A stretch of 64,000 bases of DNA, from contig CM102286.1 in assembly GCA_046563655.1 (NCBI GenBank), forward strand, positions 3,410,001 to 3,474,000, written 5' to 3'. Numbering within the stretch: position 1 is the first letter of the stretch; the number at the start of each line of letters is the position of its first letter. A program made the translations under genes and the position numbers. The notes below the pieces were generated by a model. It searched no databases. It worked only from the letters and a program-made list of their open reading frames with translations, and was not told the origin of the DNA. Shown in pieces: positions 14,601 through 28,196 of the stretch. Origin of the DNA: Yuukianura sp. NJ FZ-2021 (Eukaryota).

Positions 14601-15014
14601 AAAACAATGCTTTTGCATTCATTTTTGTCCCAAAGATAGAAACTAGTAAATGGAAGATCGAGCGATGCCTTACCTTATTGTAATAAGGTCAAAGAGGGTA
14701 AATGTTTTTGATCATAAGTTTAAAGCTTTGTAATTGAGACAGTTAGGTTAGGTACCGTAGCGATGTACATGAAGTCGCAAGTCGTTATGTAAGACGCCGT
14801 GAGCCGTCAAGAAGTGTGAAATGCTACTCATGCAGTTCGTTTTCCCAAGAAAGTTTAAAGTTTAGTCCAAAAGCAAACACTATGTAGTTGAGACAAAAGT
14901 AGAAATGTATATGAAGAGCCAATTCGATATGTAAAACACCATGTAGCATAAAGACGAGTAAAGTGCTACTCGCATAGCTTGTTTTACAAAGAGAGTCAAA
15001 TCCAAAAGCGAAGT
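5688..15014. repeat. Higher-order tandem array of ~5.5 units (periods ~1794, 1799, 1799, ~1514, ~1514) with internal ~143-149-bp subrepeats derived from receptor exon 2
   Basis: Units start near 5688, 7482, 9281, 11080, 12593 and 14108 and are near-identical. Long units carry 6 subrepeats and short units 4 (a 286-bp deletion). The minus-strand translation TSSTLLVFMLHGVLHIELALHIHFHLCLNYMVELCVCFWTKL matches ISSTLLFLTVHGVLHIDLALHIHFYICIIYMVQLCLHFWTKL at 45207-45333. Confidence 0.95.
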
Positions 15015-15799
15015 TTTGAGTTTTTGACAACAATGTCGTGTTTTAGGTACTCCAAAGCTAAAAAATTGAATAGTTCTTTTGCCAGGGCATTCAACAGATA
15101 CTTCCAAATTGGAAGTGACCTTGACATCTTGTGTTTTTTTACAAAACCGAAGTGTACAGCTTTAATTGTTTTGATGTTGTGGTCACGGAAAATTTTTGGA
15201 GAAAAAATATTAGAAAAAATATATTACATATAAATAGAAAAAATTTCGTCGAGCCTGCTGAGGTTAAACGACGTCTGATTTAGTTGAAACTAAAGGCCAT
15301 AAATATCTTCCACGAGTTGCTTAAGCCTAGTTTTTGAATTTGGAGACGTTTACGTTACAGAAAAAACGTCGGCAGTCGTCCAAGGGCAAAACAAGAAAAA
15401 CCCCTTCACCAAACTTGCTATTTTGGCGAACTTTTGCGATTTCCGTTCCTTTAAATTAAGGTTTCAAGCATACGAAGTCACGTAAAATTGTGAATTCAAT
15501 TTCGTCTAATAGAACTGACTAAACACCTACTTCTATGGCAGAAACAAAATAGATAGCTTTTTTCAGTTTCTTGAAAATCAACTTACTGTGTATTTGTGCC
15601 TCTGGAAAACTATTTTTCAATGCCTCCACTTGCGGCGATAAATGCTTAGGCATTACATACGTTGGCACTCCCAAAAAAATTGACAGTGCCTGGAAAGTGG
15701 TTGAGAGTGAACCCCTCCAAAAAAAGTTAATCAAGCTTTACCCGCATTCAGATGAGACTGGTTTCTCAAGTGTGTAAAAATTGAACCGATCACCCTCTG

Positions 15800-16190
15800 T
15801 ACGTCGATATGTAAAACACCATGTGCCGTCAAGATGAGTAAAGCTCTACTCATGTAGCTTGTCTTACCAAGAAAGTTGAACCAGGTAGATGAGACAGGTG
15901 GGGAAATGTGTAAGAACAGCTAAGTCGGTATATAAAATACCGTGCACCATCAAGAAGAGTAAAGTACTACCCTTCTATCCCCTACAAAGTCTGCCTTTGA
16001 GGTTTAAAAACAGAGACGAGACATTGTTTCTATTGTGAAACTTTACAATGAAATGAACAGTGTAGCTTAAATACAAAATGCGGCAAAACGTAGCCCTACT
16101 GCTCAAATTCGCGCCTGCAGAGAATTCTGTGCCGACATAGCGCACTGCTGTAAATTAAAATATATTTTAACAGCGATTACTCCAAACATT
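15800..16190 (-). pseudogene. Full-length degenerate copy of receptor exon 2 with its upstream acceptor region, plus one extra subrepeat
   Basis: The reverse complement aligns with 44990-45300, including the intron end AAAATATATTTTAATTT(A/G)CAG, ACAGAATT and CAGTAGGG(C/T)TACG. It carries indels. Confidence 0.8.
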
Positions 16191-16719
16191 TAGGCAAACC
16201 AATGTGGGGCGGTGCCCAAGGGTTGAGTCCGGTTTGCTCTGAGAGTTGATATTTGAAATATCTTGAGACAAGCCTCAAAACCGTTCAACAAAAACGATGA
16301 CGCTATTTTCACGATATACTTAGAGCGCCCATAGAGCCCATAATTTTTAATGCGAAAATGGGGTCTTTTTGTTGTGCACGAATTACACCAAATGTTCATT
16401 ATCAAAAGTGTTTAAAAAGCTTTGCATCAAAACGCTCTTCAACTTGAACTCTGAACAGGTTGTACTCTATTCAAAATTATTTTGCTGCACAATTGTTCGT
16501 AAGTAGGTACAATAAGATCCGATTGACTTTGAATCGGTTCACGTAAATTTACAATTATTGACGTTAACAAGTGCAAAATTTACAGCGGTGAATCCTGCTC
16601 TAAATGAATAAAGTAATGAATAATTTGTTCAATTTTATTTCAGTTACATTAGCTGGCATGTGTAGCTATTATTCATGTTGATCATTTGAAGGTGCAATGG
16701 CATACACTGGCACGCAGTC

Positions 16720-17091
16720 TGTTGTGGCTTTTAAAAACATACATTTAGAATAGCGTCTACTTTAGCCTACAAATAGGAAGAGTGTTGACTTTTAGCATAA
16801 GAATAGGCATAGCGTTGACTTTTAGCCTTAGGGTTATGGTAGCGTCCTAACGGTCAAAGAAGCAAGAAACTCAACACACAACATATAGTCATATAATAGC
16901 ATATAGTCATAAGAACACAACATAGAGTCATAGTTGTTACTTCTAAAATTCAAGTCAATTCGTTCAGTCACTTCAATTCAATTACACTTTTCACTTTCAC
17001 TATTAAGTTTAATTTAGTACTAAATAAATCAACATCAAATTGAACCATTCATCAAGTCTCTCCCACTGATCATTTGCGACAAATAGCAACA
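16720..17091 (+). mobile_element. Solo LTR (372 bp) of an LTR retrotransposon
   Basis: TGTTG...CAACA termini, perfect 5-bp TSD CAGTC (16715-16719 and 17092-17096), internal AATAAA at ~17024. Confidence 0.8.
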
Positions 17092-17607
17092 CAGTCAAAT
17101 TGTCTAATGTTTTTGACCACGAACCACTTATTTCCTAATATGTTCAAGTAAAGACGACGTTTCTGAAACATTAATTTCGTTATGTAAATCTAAGTTTTTT
17201 TTAAAGGTTCGAGAATACGCGCGATATTTGAATTTTAACGAATGAAAACGATTCAAGTTACGTGACATAAGTGGATCTATTTTCCGAAAATACGAAAATC
17301 TTACAGACCCTGTAAAGAATCAAAGTCAATTAAAATACTTCAGTTTGCTACTAACTAATTGCTGTTAAATAGTTTTAAACAAGGTAAGGCAATGCTCAAG
17401 GGTTGAGTATAGGTCTTCTTGAGGAGTAGACAATGGATACTACTTCGGACATTTCTGAGAGACTACAAAACCGTTGACCGAAAACGAGAAACCGCTTTCC
17501 CAAGATACATACAGTAAAACGTCACTCATAATTTTCAGTACGGATATAGGGGGCCTCTTGTGCACTGTGTGGGCGTAACTCGAATTTTTAAATTTTTTCT
17601 CCATTGG

Positions 17608-18782
17608 TATGGAGGGGCACGAACGACCGTCACTATTAATTATTTTTACCTTATATTTATTATTATTATCTTATATTTAAATACTTTTTTCTTTAAAATA
17701 AAAAAAAGTTTACAAAACGAAAAAAAAATTGTTTAGAAATTTTTTTTTTTGTATTTTAAAAACATTTTTGTATTTAAAAATATTGTTCTAAATTTGAAAT
17801 ATTTTTTATACACAAAAATTTTTTTTATTAAAGAAATATTTTTCGTCAAAAGGTTTTATTTTTTTAAATAAAAATTAAAAAGAGACCAACTCTGAAAAAA
17901 AAATTTTGTCACAAAAAAAAATAAGAGTGTGAAGAAAGCCTGAAGTTGTGATTGCAGCGTCATAAGCCAGGATTCGGTGGGCTTTCGTGTTGCTCGCTGC
18001 GGCTTTCACCCCTCTCCACCGTTGCCAATCCGGTTCCACCTCTATTTTTATGTTAAACGAAACCGCCGTCACAACAGCTGCAAGTATGACAGGCAGTTAA
18101 CAGTTAGCAGTTTTATTATCAGTTAACACTGCGATCTAAAGCTGTTTTACCCCAACAATATATTAGTACTACGTAGTACCGGCGCCGGTAAAATCACCAA
18201 TGGATTCCAACTCTATTCAACGGGCAGTGGTTCTACTGGAAAACGCTGTATCAAGCGTTCGTCAGCAGTTGAACTCACCATTAAACGGTATAAGGAACCT
18301 AACCAAATTGTTCTCTTTTAAGCATAGTAATTTTGTTATTAAACTTTTTCTGGACTTCAATAGTCGGCGCCGACACTTCAGGCAGTCAAGTTAGACCGGC
18401 GCAAAATAATTCGGAATCGTCTGCTACTAACTTGCGTATGAACTACGAATTCAAACTTCATAAACCAAAAGTGTTATAATTATCTAACCTAAACATAAAT
18501 CTCATTCCAGGATCAGCCACCCTGACCCCAAGCCGGCCGGCTGGAAAGTCGTCCAGTATGTCCAGTACCGTAATTTCGGAATGGAGACGGGCCTTTGCGC
18601 CTTACGAACAACCTGGTGGAAGTAGAGGTGGCAGGCGGCCGACTCATACCAGCCGTCCTAATACCAGAGGAAGGCGGCTTTGGAATCATAGAGTGATGTG
18701 CTTACTTGGCCCTTCAGATGACACATCTCCTTCGCCTCTGCGAAAATTTAAACTTCAAGAATTAGAACTAGGCTTACGTTAG
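17608..18782 (+). mobile_element. Probable DNA-transposon relic with a truncated, spliced accessory ORF (possibly IS3EU-like)
   Basis: Starts with TATGGAGGGGCA (a TAYGG-type end). ORF pieces at 18200 (MDSNSIQRAVVLLE) and 18558 (AFAPYE...LWNHRVMCLLGP...SPS...LELGLR*) resemble TE-associated accessory proteins. No right end was found. Confidence 0.3.
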
Positions 18783-20230
18783 AACTAGACGGAAAATGTA
18801 AACAAAATTCATTCAACGTCTTCATAAATTCTCATTCCGCTACGCGAGAAAACAAATTAGCTTCGAAAAAATGCGGGAATTGTAAAACATGACACTCGAC
18901 AAATTCAAAGTCCATTCGTTTCGTTTTTATTTGAGGTTGAGCGAAAAAGCAAGAACATTTGCCAGAATGTACGGAGTGGGTATACCGGGATATTTTCAAA
19001 CGAGAGTTCAAACACTTGCGACTATCGCTACCAAAAGCAGATACCTGCGACAAATGCGACAACTTAAATGCTACACAATTGGCTTAAATGCTTGCTTATT
19101 TTGGTTACATATTCTTTTTTTTTGTATTCTTACCAGCGTTGGTGGATGCTTAAACGTCCAACAGCTTAATTGCTACTTCCACTGAATAACCACCGGAGCA
19201 AATGCACCCGAAAATAGATTAAACGTTTTTTTGTGGATGGATGAAATGGAGACTTTAAAGACAAATTAAAAAAATCAAATTTAAAATTTCAAAAGATATG
19301 AAAAAGGGTTTCTTTCATTGTTAAAATCAATAATATATTTATTTAAAACTCATACAAAAATGATATTTCCTTCGTTTTTTTACGGTATTTTGAATTGTTT
19401 AAGCATTTTGTATTTAATTAATTCAAACTCCGCGGGCAACGCTCCGTCCCTTTGGATTCATCTATTTTGTCAGTTTCTTCCATTGGATATCCAGCCGTGG
19501 ATGAAATGACTAAAGAGTGGATTAAAATTTAAGCATTGTAGATTTTAAAATTCGGCACTTTTCAATCATTAGCGCAGCGATAATCACTACTTAACAAGAA
19601 TAGTCAATTTCCTGAAATACTCGTTTTATAAATTTCAAGATAAATGATTGTGATTAAACTGAGTAATCGTATTTGGGTAAGTTTTCAAAACTGCTGTTTT
19701 AAAGAAATGAAAAGAGAACCGCGTCTTGTTCGTCTACAAGTTGTTGGTGAAATTCTTACGAAACAATGTTCTCATTGCTGAAGTCTATGATTTCTATTTT
19801 TTGAAATACGAGATTCCTTGATAACCGAAATCGTGGAAATACATTCAGCAAATTTCGATTCGTTATAATTCATTTGATGAAATGACGCGAAAGTCGTGTT
19901 AAAATTGAGGTGTTAAAGCTTTATTTTGATTCCAATTTCCAGGATAATCAGCCACTTAAGCCTAAAAGTAATTTTCAAAATTAAGTTCAAAGAGTTGAGC
20001 TACAAAAATATATGGTACAACACCGTGATTACAATCTTTACAATTTTGAGGCACGGAACATGCTAGTTACAGTAGTTCTCCCATGTCGAATTTTTTATGG
20101 ACATGTTCGCTCAAACGAGATGCGATAAGTATTTCCTCTTTGACTTAAATACTCTGCTCTTCCATTGAAAAACTGATCAGTAGCTTTTTGTTATTTCAGG
20201 AGTTGTATTAACCTAACCTAACCTTAACAA

Positions 20231-22244
20231 ATGTGTGTAGACAATACCTTGTATTTCTCCAAACTCCTGGTAGAATTTATTTTACGACTTGCCACGAGAG
20301 TAGGAACCATTGTGTTGCTCCTTTCAGTAACTACAATTTTGTACCGCGTTTTCATACTTCAGAATTTTTCTCGACTAGGTTGAAAGATTGACAGTTGAAC
20401 ACGCATATTAAAGCAATTTTAAACCCTTGAACTTAATAAAATTAACTTAATTTTTAACTTTAGGTCCCATTAGATTTCCGGTTTTGGGTAACTTTCCGCA
20501 GATCATCCTTGGAATTACTCATTCCGACCTGCCTACGTTGCTTCTTAAATGGTGCAAAAGATATGGACGCCTGTTTCAGTTAGACTTGGGAAGTTACAGG
20601 TAAGCATTTCATTTTGGAGAAGGAAGGCTGCTATATCGCACTATTTTGCTCGTATATTGCAGTGCAATAGTTCTTACTGACGCAAAATTAATACGCAAGG
20701 CGTTTACAAGCTCACTATTTTCGGGGCGTCCGAGGATGTTGCTTACCACAACGCGAATGAAACAAACCCCACGCGGAATTCTTATGAACGACGGGAAATG
20801 TTGGGAGGAGCAGAGAAATCTCTTCTCCCGCAAGCTGAGAGAGTATGGGGAAAACAATGGCACAATGGAATCCCTGATCATAAGCGAAGCGCAGAAACTT
20901 ATTTCCCTGCTTCAAAAAAATGATAACCAACCTATATCCACAGCCTTGCTGTTCAACACGGCCATGATAAATGTGATGTGGTCAATTTTGGCAGGCGAAA
21001 AATATGATTACGACGATCCAAGGCTAAGGAAGATAGTGGCATCTTTAGTGAGGTATGGCATCCAATTAGGTATACGTTGAAAGTTTTGTGAGATGGTTTC
21101 CCCACTTTTCAGAAGTGTATCCGAAACAGGCTCTTCAGGGCTTATATTGTTCCTTCCAAAGCTGGCAAAGGTATTTCCGAAACTAAGCGGTTGGGACGAA
21201 CAAATCAAAGCGCATAACACGACAAGAGAGTTTGTTAAGGAATTTGTAAACCTTCGACTGAGCATTGACAACAGCAATTACAATGACTTTACGTCAACCT
21301 ACATCGAGCAAATGAATAATACCAAAAATGAAACATCCAGTTTTTACAAAGATGAGGGAAGTAGGTTTGACAAAATTGATTTGCGGGTTACACAATTGTA
21401 ATAATCACTAATAAACCCTGAATTGCAGTAGAAAATTTGATCACGACATTGGACGACCTCCTACTCGCAGGTAAGGAAATCAACAGTGTTGGTGGGTACT
21501 TAGACGATCGGGATCGTGCTTCCAAAACCAATTCTCTCATATCATTGCAATTGTGGTCTCACAGGAGGTGAAACCGTAGGAGTTACACTCACGTGGCTAT
21601 TTTTATGTTTGGCGTTGTATCCTGAGACGCAACAGAAGTTTCACGCTGAAATTGATGAAGTTATTGGTCGCGAAAGGCCACCAGTGCTAACGGATCGTCT
21701 TAGGCATTTTTTCTATTATTTATTGTTTTATTGAATGTGTGTAGAATCAAACGAATTTAAAAACCACATAATATTTCTTAGAATGAAATACGCGGAAGCG
21801 GTCATTAATGAAGTTCTTCGTGTTTCGTCCGTCGGCGTTATTGGCATCCCACATCGCTGCATTGAGGATACAGTTTTCGGCGATATTCCTGTTCCTAGAA
21901 ATACAGTTGTAATTTCGAACATTGATGGCGTTCATCATGACCCCGAACTCTGGAATGAGCCGAATCGGTACTACCCTGAAAGATTTCTTACAAAAGAACT
22001 AGAGAAAGACCCCGTATCTCTGACGGAAAAGTTTATTCCATTCTCGGCTGGGAAAAGAAGATGCCCTGGGGAAGCTCTCGCCAAAGCAGAAATTTTCTTG
22101 GTCGGAACTGCAATCCTACAAAGATTTGTTGTAAATTTAGATCCATCTACTTCAAAACCTACTCTTGCTGCTTGTTACAATGGATTTATAAAGAAACCGA
22201 AGCCTCATACGCTGGCGTTCCTCAATCGATCATCTGTATGCTGA
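20231..22244 (+). CDS. Cytochrome P450, CYP2-clan-like, 7 exons, ~521 aa
   Basis: Exons 20231-20378, 20464-20599, 20663-21052, 21113-21360, 21429-21470, 21565-21703, 21782-22244 join in frame. Motifs: N-terminal anchor, GPIRFPVLGN, WEEQR, I-helix LLAGGETV, EVLR, PERF and heme FSAGKRRCPGE. Intron 6 needs a GC donor at 21704. Confidence 0.92.
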
Positions 22245-24329
22245 CAGGTTCGTATGCTGACATAGTATAGTATACCGTTCACATGCATAAAAAATTAGAC
22301 TCTTAGACTCAAAACTAGAAAACTGTAGAAAAATAAAGACACGTTTTACTCATGTAAGCTAGAAATTATAGAAAAAGAAACACTAATACCAATGAATATT
22401 GCCCACAAGAGACGAATCAATGGAAATCAAAAGCAGGATCAAGTAAAACTTGGTTGAGCTCGCCTATTCAACTCATGACATAGCTGCAGAATCGTGCGTA
22501 AGTTTGGCGGAAGTTTTCGAGCGAGTTAAGGAAACGAAATGACGTCGCTGAACCTTGCTTGATGTATATTCATTCACTGGCATTGTGTATGCGATATCAG
22601 TTTTTGCTCATTAGGAAAACTTTAGTTTTGAATTAAAGCGAATGGTTAACATTTGCAAGACATCAGGAGAAAGTTATCAGCTTAAAGCCAACGACAACGT
22701 TAGTATTTTTGGTTTGTGGCAAGAGATGGAGACGAGGAAGGTTGGACTCCAAACGTGGCACCGGCGCGGCGTCAGTTGACGCATGGCAGCGTGCGTTATC
22801 CAGATTCTCAAACGAAACTTTCTCCCCGAAGGAAGTAAATGGTGTATCGTGTCCAGCACAATTATCTTTGTATGAAATACAATAGACTTCCTTGTATTGC
22901 ACCATTGCTGTATTTTTGTCTTAAATACCAAGAGGAAGTCTGTTACCGTAAGGTTTCAGCAAGTGCACCACTTGTTTTCTCTTTTTTAACAAAACAACTA
23001 CCCATAATGCTTGACCTCTCCGTAATACGCTCCACTAGACCATGGCGCATAAAAGTTAGGGACCAATTTCCCAAATTTATATGTTATACAATACTTACAT
23101 AAAACTGAACCTTTGTATTGGATTTTTAGTATCATTCAGCTGCAAAAAGTCAAATTCTGACGCCTAATAATTATTCTACGAATAGCAAGGAATTTTTAGA
23201 GCCATTGAACAAATTTCTAGGTCATTCCTGTTAAGACTGATTAAGCCTGAAAGTCAATTAATTTGTAATTAATTTAATCCTAACCTAACGAGACCACCCG
23301 TTGCCATCTATGATCCCTTCTTAAGTAGCGAAAGCTACGTTATGTTCGGATTTATATTTGTCAATCCATCACGCCGTCATTCCGTCTGCATGAATCAATG
23401 ATCTCAGAATCCAGTGGTCCAAGTTGATTCCGGGTTTACACAATCGCGATGTATCATTGATACCTTGGTATCATTGATACCTTGGTATCATTATTATTGA
23501 ATGGCTCAGCCAATTCCGAGTGAAAATTCGATGTCATTGACTATTTCATAATGAAGGGGGAAAACTCCAACAGTAGTTTAGTTGTTCCCCTCATTGAGCA
23601 AAACAACTTTGATGGATCCATGCCTCTGCGTCCTGTCAGAGTAGCTCAAAATTGGGATCAAAGGTAAATGTAGACTGTAGACCTATGCGGTGAGCATAGG
23701 TGCCGTACAATTTTGTGGAGAGTCCTGCTTATAGTCAGTTGGCAGATGTATAGCTTATGAAAGCTACAGCGTTCTCCTTTTGCTTTGCAAAGTTAAGCAA
23801 GTAGTTTCAAATATTGAGAAAATTAAGAGTGAGCTCTAGGAATGGTGATCTAGGGCATTTTTCTACTGTAAACTTTACTGGTAGTTAATGTGTTGTGAAT
23901 TCATGCGTTTGAAAAATATAAATTTCGCAAAAAAAAAAAAGTTCAAAAGAAAAAACAACAATGATGTTACATGGTACTTAAAACCAACTTTATTCAATTT
24001 TATTTTTATTTGCATGTTTACTACTAATACATTTTGACTACAGTCTATAATTGACGTTTGCATTTATTCAAAAGCAAACATCACGAGAAGTGGAACGCGT
24101 AGGATGCTAATCACCTCAGTAGAGTGCAAGTCATAACCTCTAAGTAATGTCTCAATTTAACTTCTGTGCTTAAAGCAAAACAATATTTACTCGATTTAGG
24201 ACATGAGACAGTTTTTATAAGAAGTTGGGTACATCGCATTGAAGAGTTTTCTTCTACAGCATTTTCGACTACTTTTGAATCCTCATTAATTGTATTCATT
24301 GAGTTACACAAAGCGACTCGTCAGCTGCA

Positions 24330-26695
24330 TTAATATGTCAGCAATAAGAATACTACAACCTGAATAATGGTGTCAACCACAGTAAGTCTTGCCCTGTCTT
24401 CGACGTAGTAGAAACCCCCGAAGCTACAACGTATGACCGGAACTGACATTACCATTTTTCGATTTAGTGGACTCAGTACCACTGTTGTATTTTTTAAAAC
24501 GTTTTCTTTGAAACTTGTCGAACTCTTATACACCTTTGCCATTATGACGCAGATAAAAAATGACGACAATGAGCCACCAATAATCAGAGTAAACAAAAAC
24601 ACCAGCAATCCAAGATCTTGAATATTAACATTGAGACGTATCAAAACGTACAACGCTATTCCCACAGCTCCAATTCCTTCAATTTTCCAAACTAATGCTC
24701 CGATCCTTCCGATGACTATATTGCTCAATTCATTTATCATTCGGACCTGGTTGTAAACACAGATGCACTTCTGCACAATAATACTTCCGTCATCTGCATG
24801 GTCTTGTGCTGGCAAAACCTCACTAAAATGAAAAAAATATAAATATTAAGGCTTGGGAGTAACCTAGAAACATGGGGCTGGGTTAAATCGTTAATTTATT
24901 GGTTTAGCTGCTGCGTAAAAATGTCATACATGGGTCCACAATATATAAAGCTTTAGGATCTTTTATTTTACACTAAATAATTACAAACGTTTTGGTTCCA
25001 ACGGTGAAAAAAAGAGGTGAAATGTTTAGGCAATTTGTCCAAAGTTAGAAATAAATTTCTATAATTTTTTCTGTCAAAGTACAACTTCAAGTCGTTTCAT
25101 AATGCTTGATATACCGAGTGGAATTTAATTTGTTTCCAAACCATCTATAACAGCACAACGGAGTTTGGATGGCGGGAACCAAAAATTTCAACGGTTGACT
25201 GTTCAGCTGAGGTGACAAACCTGCTCACATCTGGTCTTAGTTGTTCTCATCCTTTTAGTATTCTTTTACTTTAGTTAATTGATTTAAAGTATTTATTAAT
25301 GACGTTAATTGTTAAATCAATTAACTAAAGTTAAGTAAAGGAATGAGTAACAGGATGAGAATAAACAATACCAAATGTGAGCACCTTGTCACCTCAGCTG
25401 AATAGTCAAACGTTCAAATTTTTGGTTCCCGCCATCCAAACTCCATGGCGCTCTTATAGATGGCTTGGACACAAACTAAATTCCACCCGGTATTGTGGGT
25501 TACAGTACAACGGCCTTGAACCGACAAAAAAAATTCAAAAATGCAGTGTTGGAATCTCAGATTTTTTTTTGTAAAACCCAAACGACGGAAATTGAACTCG
25601 AGCCAGTATTTTGTTTGTTTGAAAGTCCAAACTTTTTCCCCCTTATCTTTGCGAGAACCGTTTTTCACCACTCACGAGTCTTTTTCTGTTTGTCAATGTC
25701 TACAACTTTTACCACCCTCACAATTTCGATTATTGTTTTTACTAAATTTAACGACTATTGTTTGACACATAGCATTTGTCATTAATGTAATAATAAATTT
25801 ACTTTGGGGAAATTATGTATAGCGTGTATTCATATTTGTAACACATATTCATAGTTGTCTCACCATACGAATTTTGTCCAAAAATGAAGTGAATTCTGCA
25901 CCAGGTAAATCAAGCTCAGGTACAAGTGAAGACTAAGACACATTTCAGTTTGCCATACTCCTTGCAGTATTATAAAAACCAGAGTACTTGAGGTTTCGGT
26001 TAAACCAAAGTATTTTTTTATCTCAAAGAATATTGTTGGGACGTCGTCTCGCACCAAAAAGTACAAAAAGAAATAAAATATGTACGACGCGTACATGAAG
26101 TACTTCATGCAAACAAAAATCTTTGTCCTTAAGCCATCCCCGCCTGCGAATTCATGGCCGAGGAATCGCTGTCCTGCGCAAGAAAAAAAGTTATTATTTT
26201 TTACTGAACGCGTATACATACCCTATCACGCTGCAGTGTTTCTGCAAATCATAGATATTACCATGCCAAACCCCCCAAGCTTAAATAAAAAAATCATCAG
26301 ACATTCTCAATGTTACACAGTAGAGGCTAGCGACGAATAAGTACTCTCTTACCTTGTTTACGCATTAGTAAAAGCCGGTTGAACAACTGGACAAATTCCC
26401 CCTCGTAGAAGTAAACCGTTGCCCGTACAGCTAAGCGGGCATTGACATATACAAATGTGGCAAACTGAAAAATTGTATGGAAGTACTTTACGTCGTTCAC
26501 AGATTCTCCCATTGCAAAATACAACTGCATTGATTGCAAACCAAACACTATAACTGTTAAAAAGGATATAACCTTTCTAATTATAGTCTCGTTCCTACAT
26601 AGCAAGCCGTCTTTAGATGTGAACTCAAACAAATTTGTTTTAGAGAGCAGCCGTAATAAATCCTGGTAGTGATCAAATTCCTGTCTCGAAAGCAT
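24330..26695 (-). CDS. Multi-pass (probably 7TM) gustatory/odorant-receptor-superfamily-like protein, copy 1, 381 aa
   Basis: Exons 26695-26353, 26173-25864, 24822-24330 are in frame with GT-AG introns. TATATAAG lies ~45 bp upstream. Many hydrophobic helices; C-terminus CSFGGFYYVEDRARLTVVDTIIQVVVFLLLTY. Exon 1 and 2 lengths (343, 310) equal those of copy 2. The receptor assignment is inferred. Confidence 0.7.
25111..25493. mobile_element. Foldback/MITE-like inverted repeat in intron 2 of receptor copy 1
   Basis: Arm ATACCGAGTGGAATTT...GGAGTTTGGATGGCGGGAACCAAAAATTT...CAGCTGAGGTGACAA pairs with its reverse complement at 25370-25493. Confidence 0.8.
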
Positions 26696-27059
26696 TGTTC
26701 CCTGTACCTTGTCATTCATGATACTGCTGTTTCTTATATACGTGCCTAAAGTCATTAAAATTCAATCTAATTTGAGTCTTGCAGCCAAGAATGCTGTGAC
26801 TACCGGTGTTTCGTTTGAAACCACAATTACACGTTGTCTGTACGTTAAGCTTAATTGTACAAGCTACCATAAGGCATGAAATAACATGAATTTTGTGTGG
26901 GGTTAACTATCGCTTTTACTTAACAATCGACGCAAGTACCAATTTGGTTGAATCTTATAATTTGGTACCACATTAAGCGGATGTACTGCTAGTAAGATAT
27001 CTGCCTTTAATTGTGGAGTATCCGTTGTACCAACGTTGGTCTTTAAGAGGTTAGGCCAT

Positions 27060-28196
27060 AGTTACCAGGACGATGCGATTTTTTTTTCTTTTAGAGTGAA
27101 CATAAGGCATTTTTTCAACAAAATTTTTGAAGCATTTCCAAAGCGGAAAAAAACCGTTTTCATGTTAAGTTTAAGCCAGGTTCACACAAACTATAAATTG
27201 CAGATGTCATGTTTTAAAATTTCGAAAATTATTCGCGAATTCACGAAAAAGGTAGAAGTAGTTTTTTTTTTCAGAAAAACTATCAACTCTAATCTGTGAT
27301 TCTGGAAATTGTGACTAGTAGTGGTTAAGATTGCTTGACGTATATATTAACTTTAGATGTAGATAGTTAATTTAGACAGATTGATTGATTGATTGATAAT
27401 TTAACGTTCAAATTCACTTTAGCTGTGGTTAACTAAGTGAAACTATTTGGAATTAGAGATTCTATTTCACACGTGAGTTTAAATTCGCGAATTGGAAATA
27501 CTGCGTAACTAACATTACTGACCTCTGAAAATTACAGTTTTGTTACAAGTGTTATGAATAGTTCTTCCATCTCCCGTTCTTGTCACTTCCCGATGCTAGT
27601 CACTTCCAAATTCTAGTCACTTTTCGATTCTAGTCACCTCCCGTTCTAGTCAAATACAGTAGTCTAGCTAGCTAAATGTAAATGTAAGTCAAAAATGTAA
27701 ATAAAAACCTTTACTTTCGCCTGGAATACCATGAAACAAAACACTGCAAATTTACCTTTAGATGTTATACGTACCCGTAGAAGTACTTCCTGTAGATGCA
27801 GTTCCCTTAGATGTAGTTTTAACTTAGATTTAGTAATTAGAATTAGTTTTTAGAATTAGAATTTAAGTTTTAGAAAAAACAAAACTTTGGATGTTCAGTT
27901 GAAGCAGCAATTTTGGGTCGATATAACCTCTTCTTGACACACTACTGGTCACAAGTTATATCGTGACATAGATGGGCAGATATTTTTTCATAGAAAAACT
28001 ACTATGAACATTTTATCGGAAATTTTAGAAATTTTGAAAGATTTTACGTTTCACCGTGAGAACCGGGCTTAAACTTGAGATGAAAACGGTTTTTTGCCGC
28101 TTCGCGTCGCTTTGAAATTGCTTCAAAAATTTTGTTGAAAAAATGCCTTATGTCCACTCTAGTTAAAAGAAAAAAAATCGCATCGTCCTGGTAACT
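27060..28196. mobile_element. Non-autonomous element with long imperfect TIRs
   Basis: GTTACCAGGACGATGCGATTTTTTTT...CATAAGGCATTTTTTCAACAAAATTTTTGAAGCA is inverted at 28060-28196. Internal short tandem TTCTAGTCAC repeats. Confidence 0.7.

Noticed and set aside
5688..15014. Array as a CRISPR locus, or its repeated 80-128 aa ORFs as real genes
   Set aside because: No constant-repeat/unique-spacer structure, no cas genes, eukaryotic context. The ORFs are frameshifted read-throughs of receptor-exon copies and AT-rich repeats.
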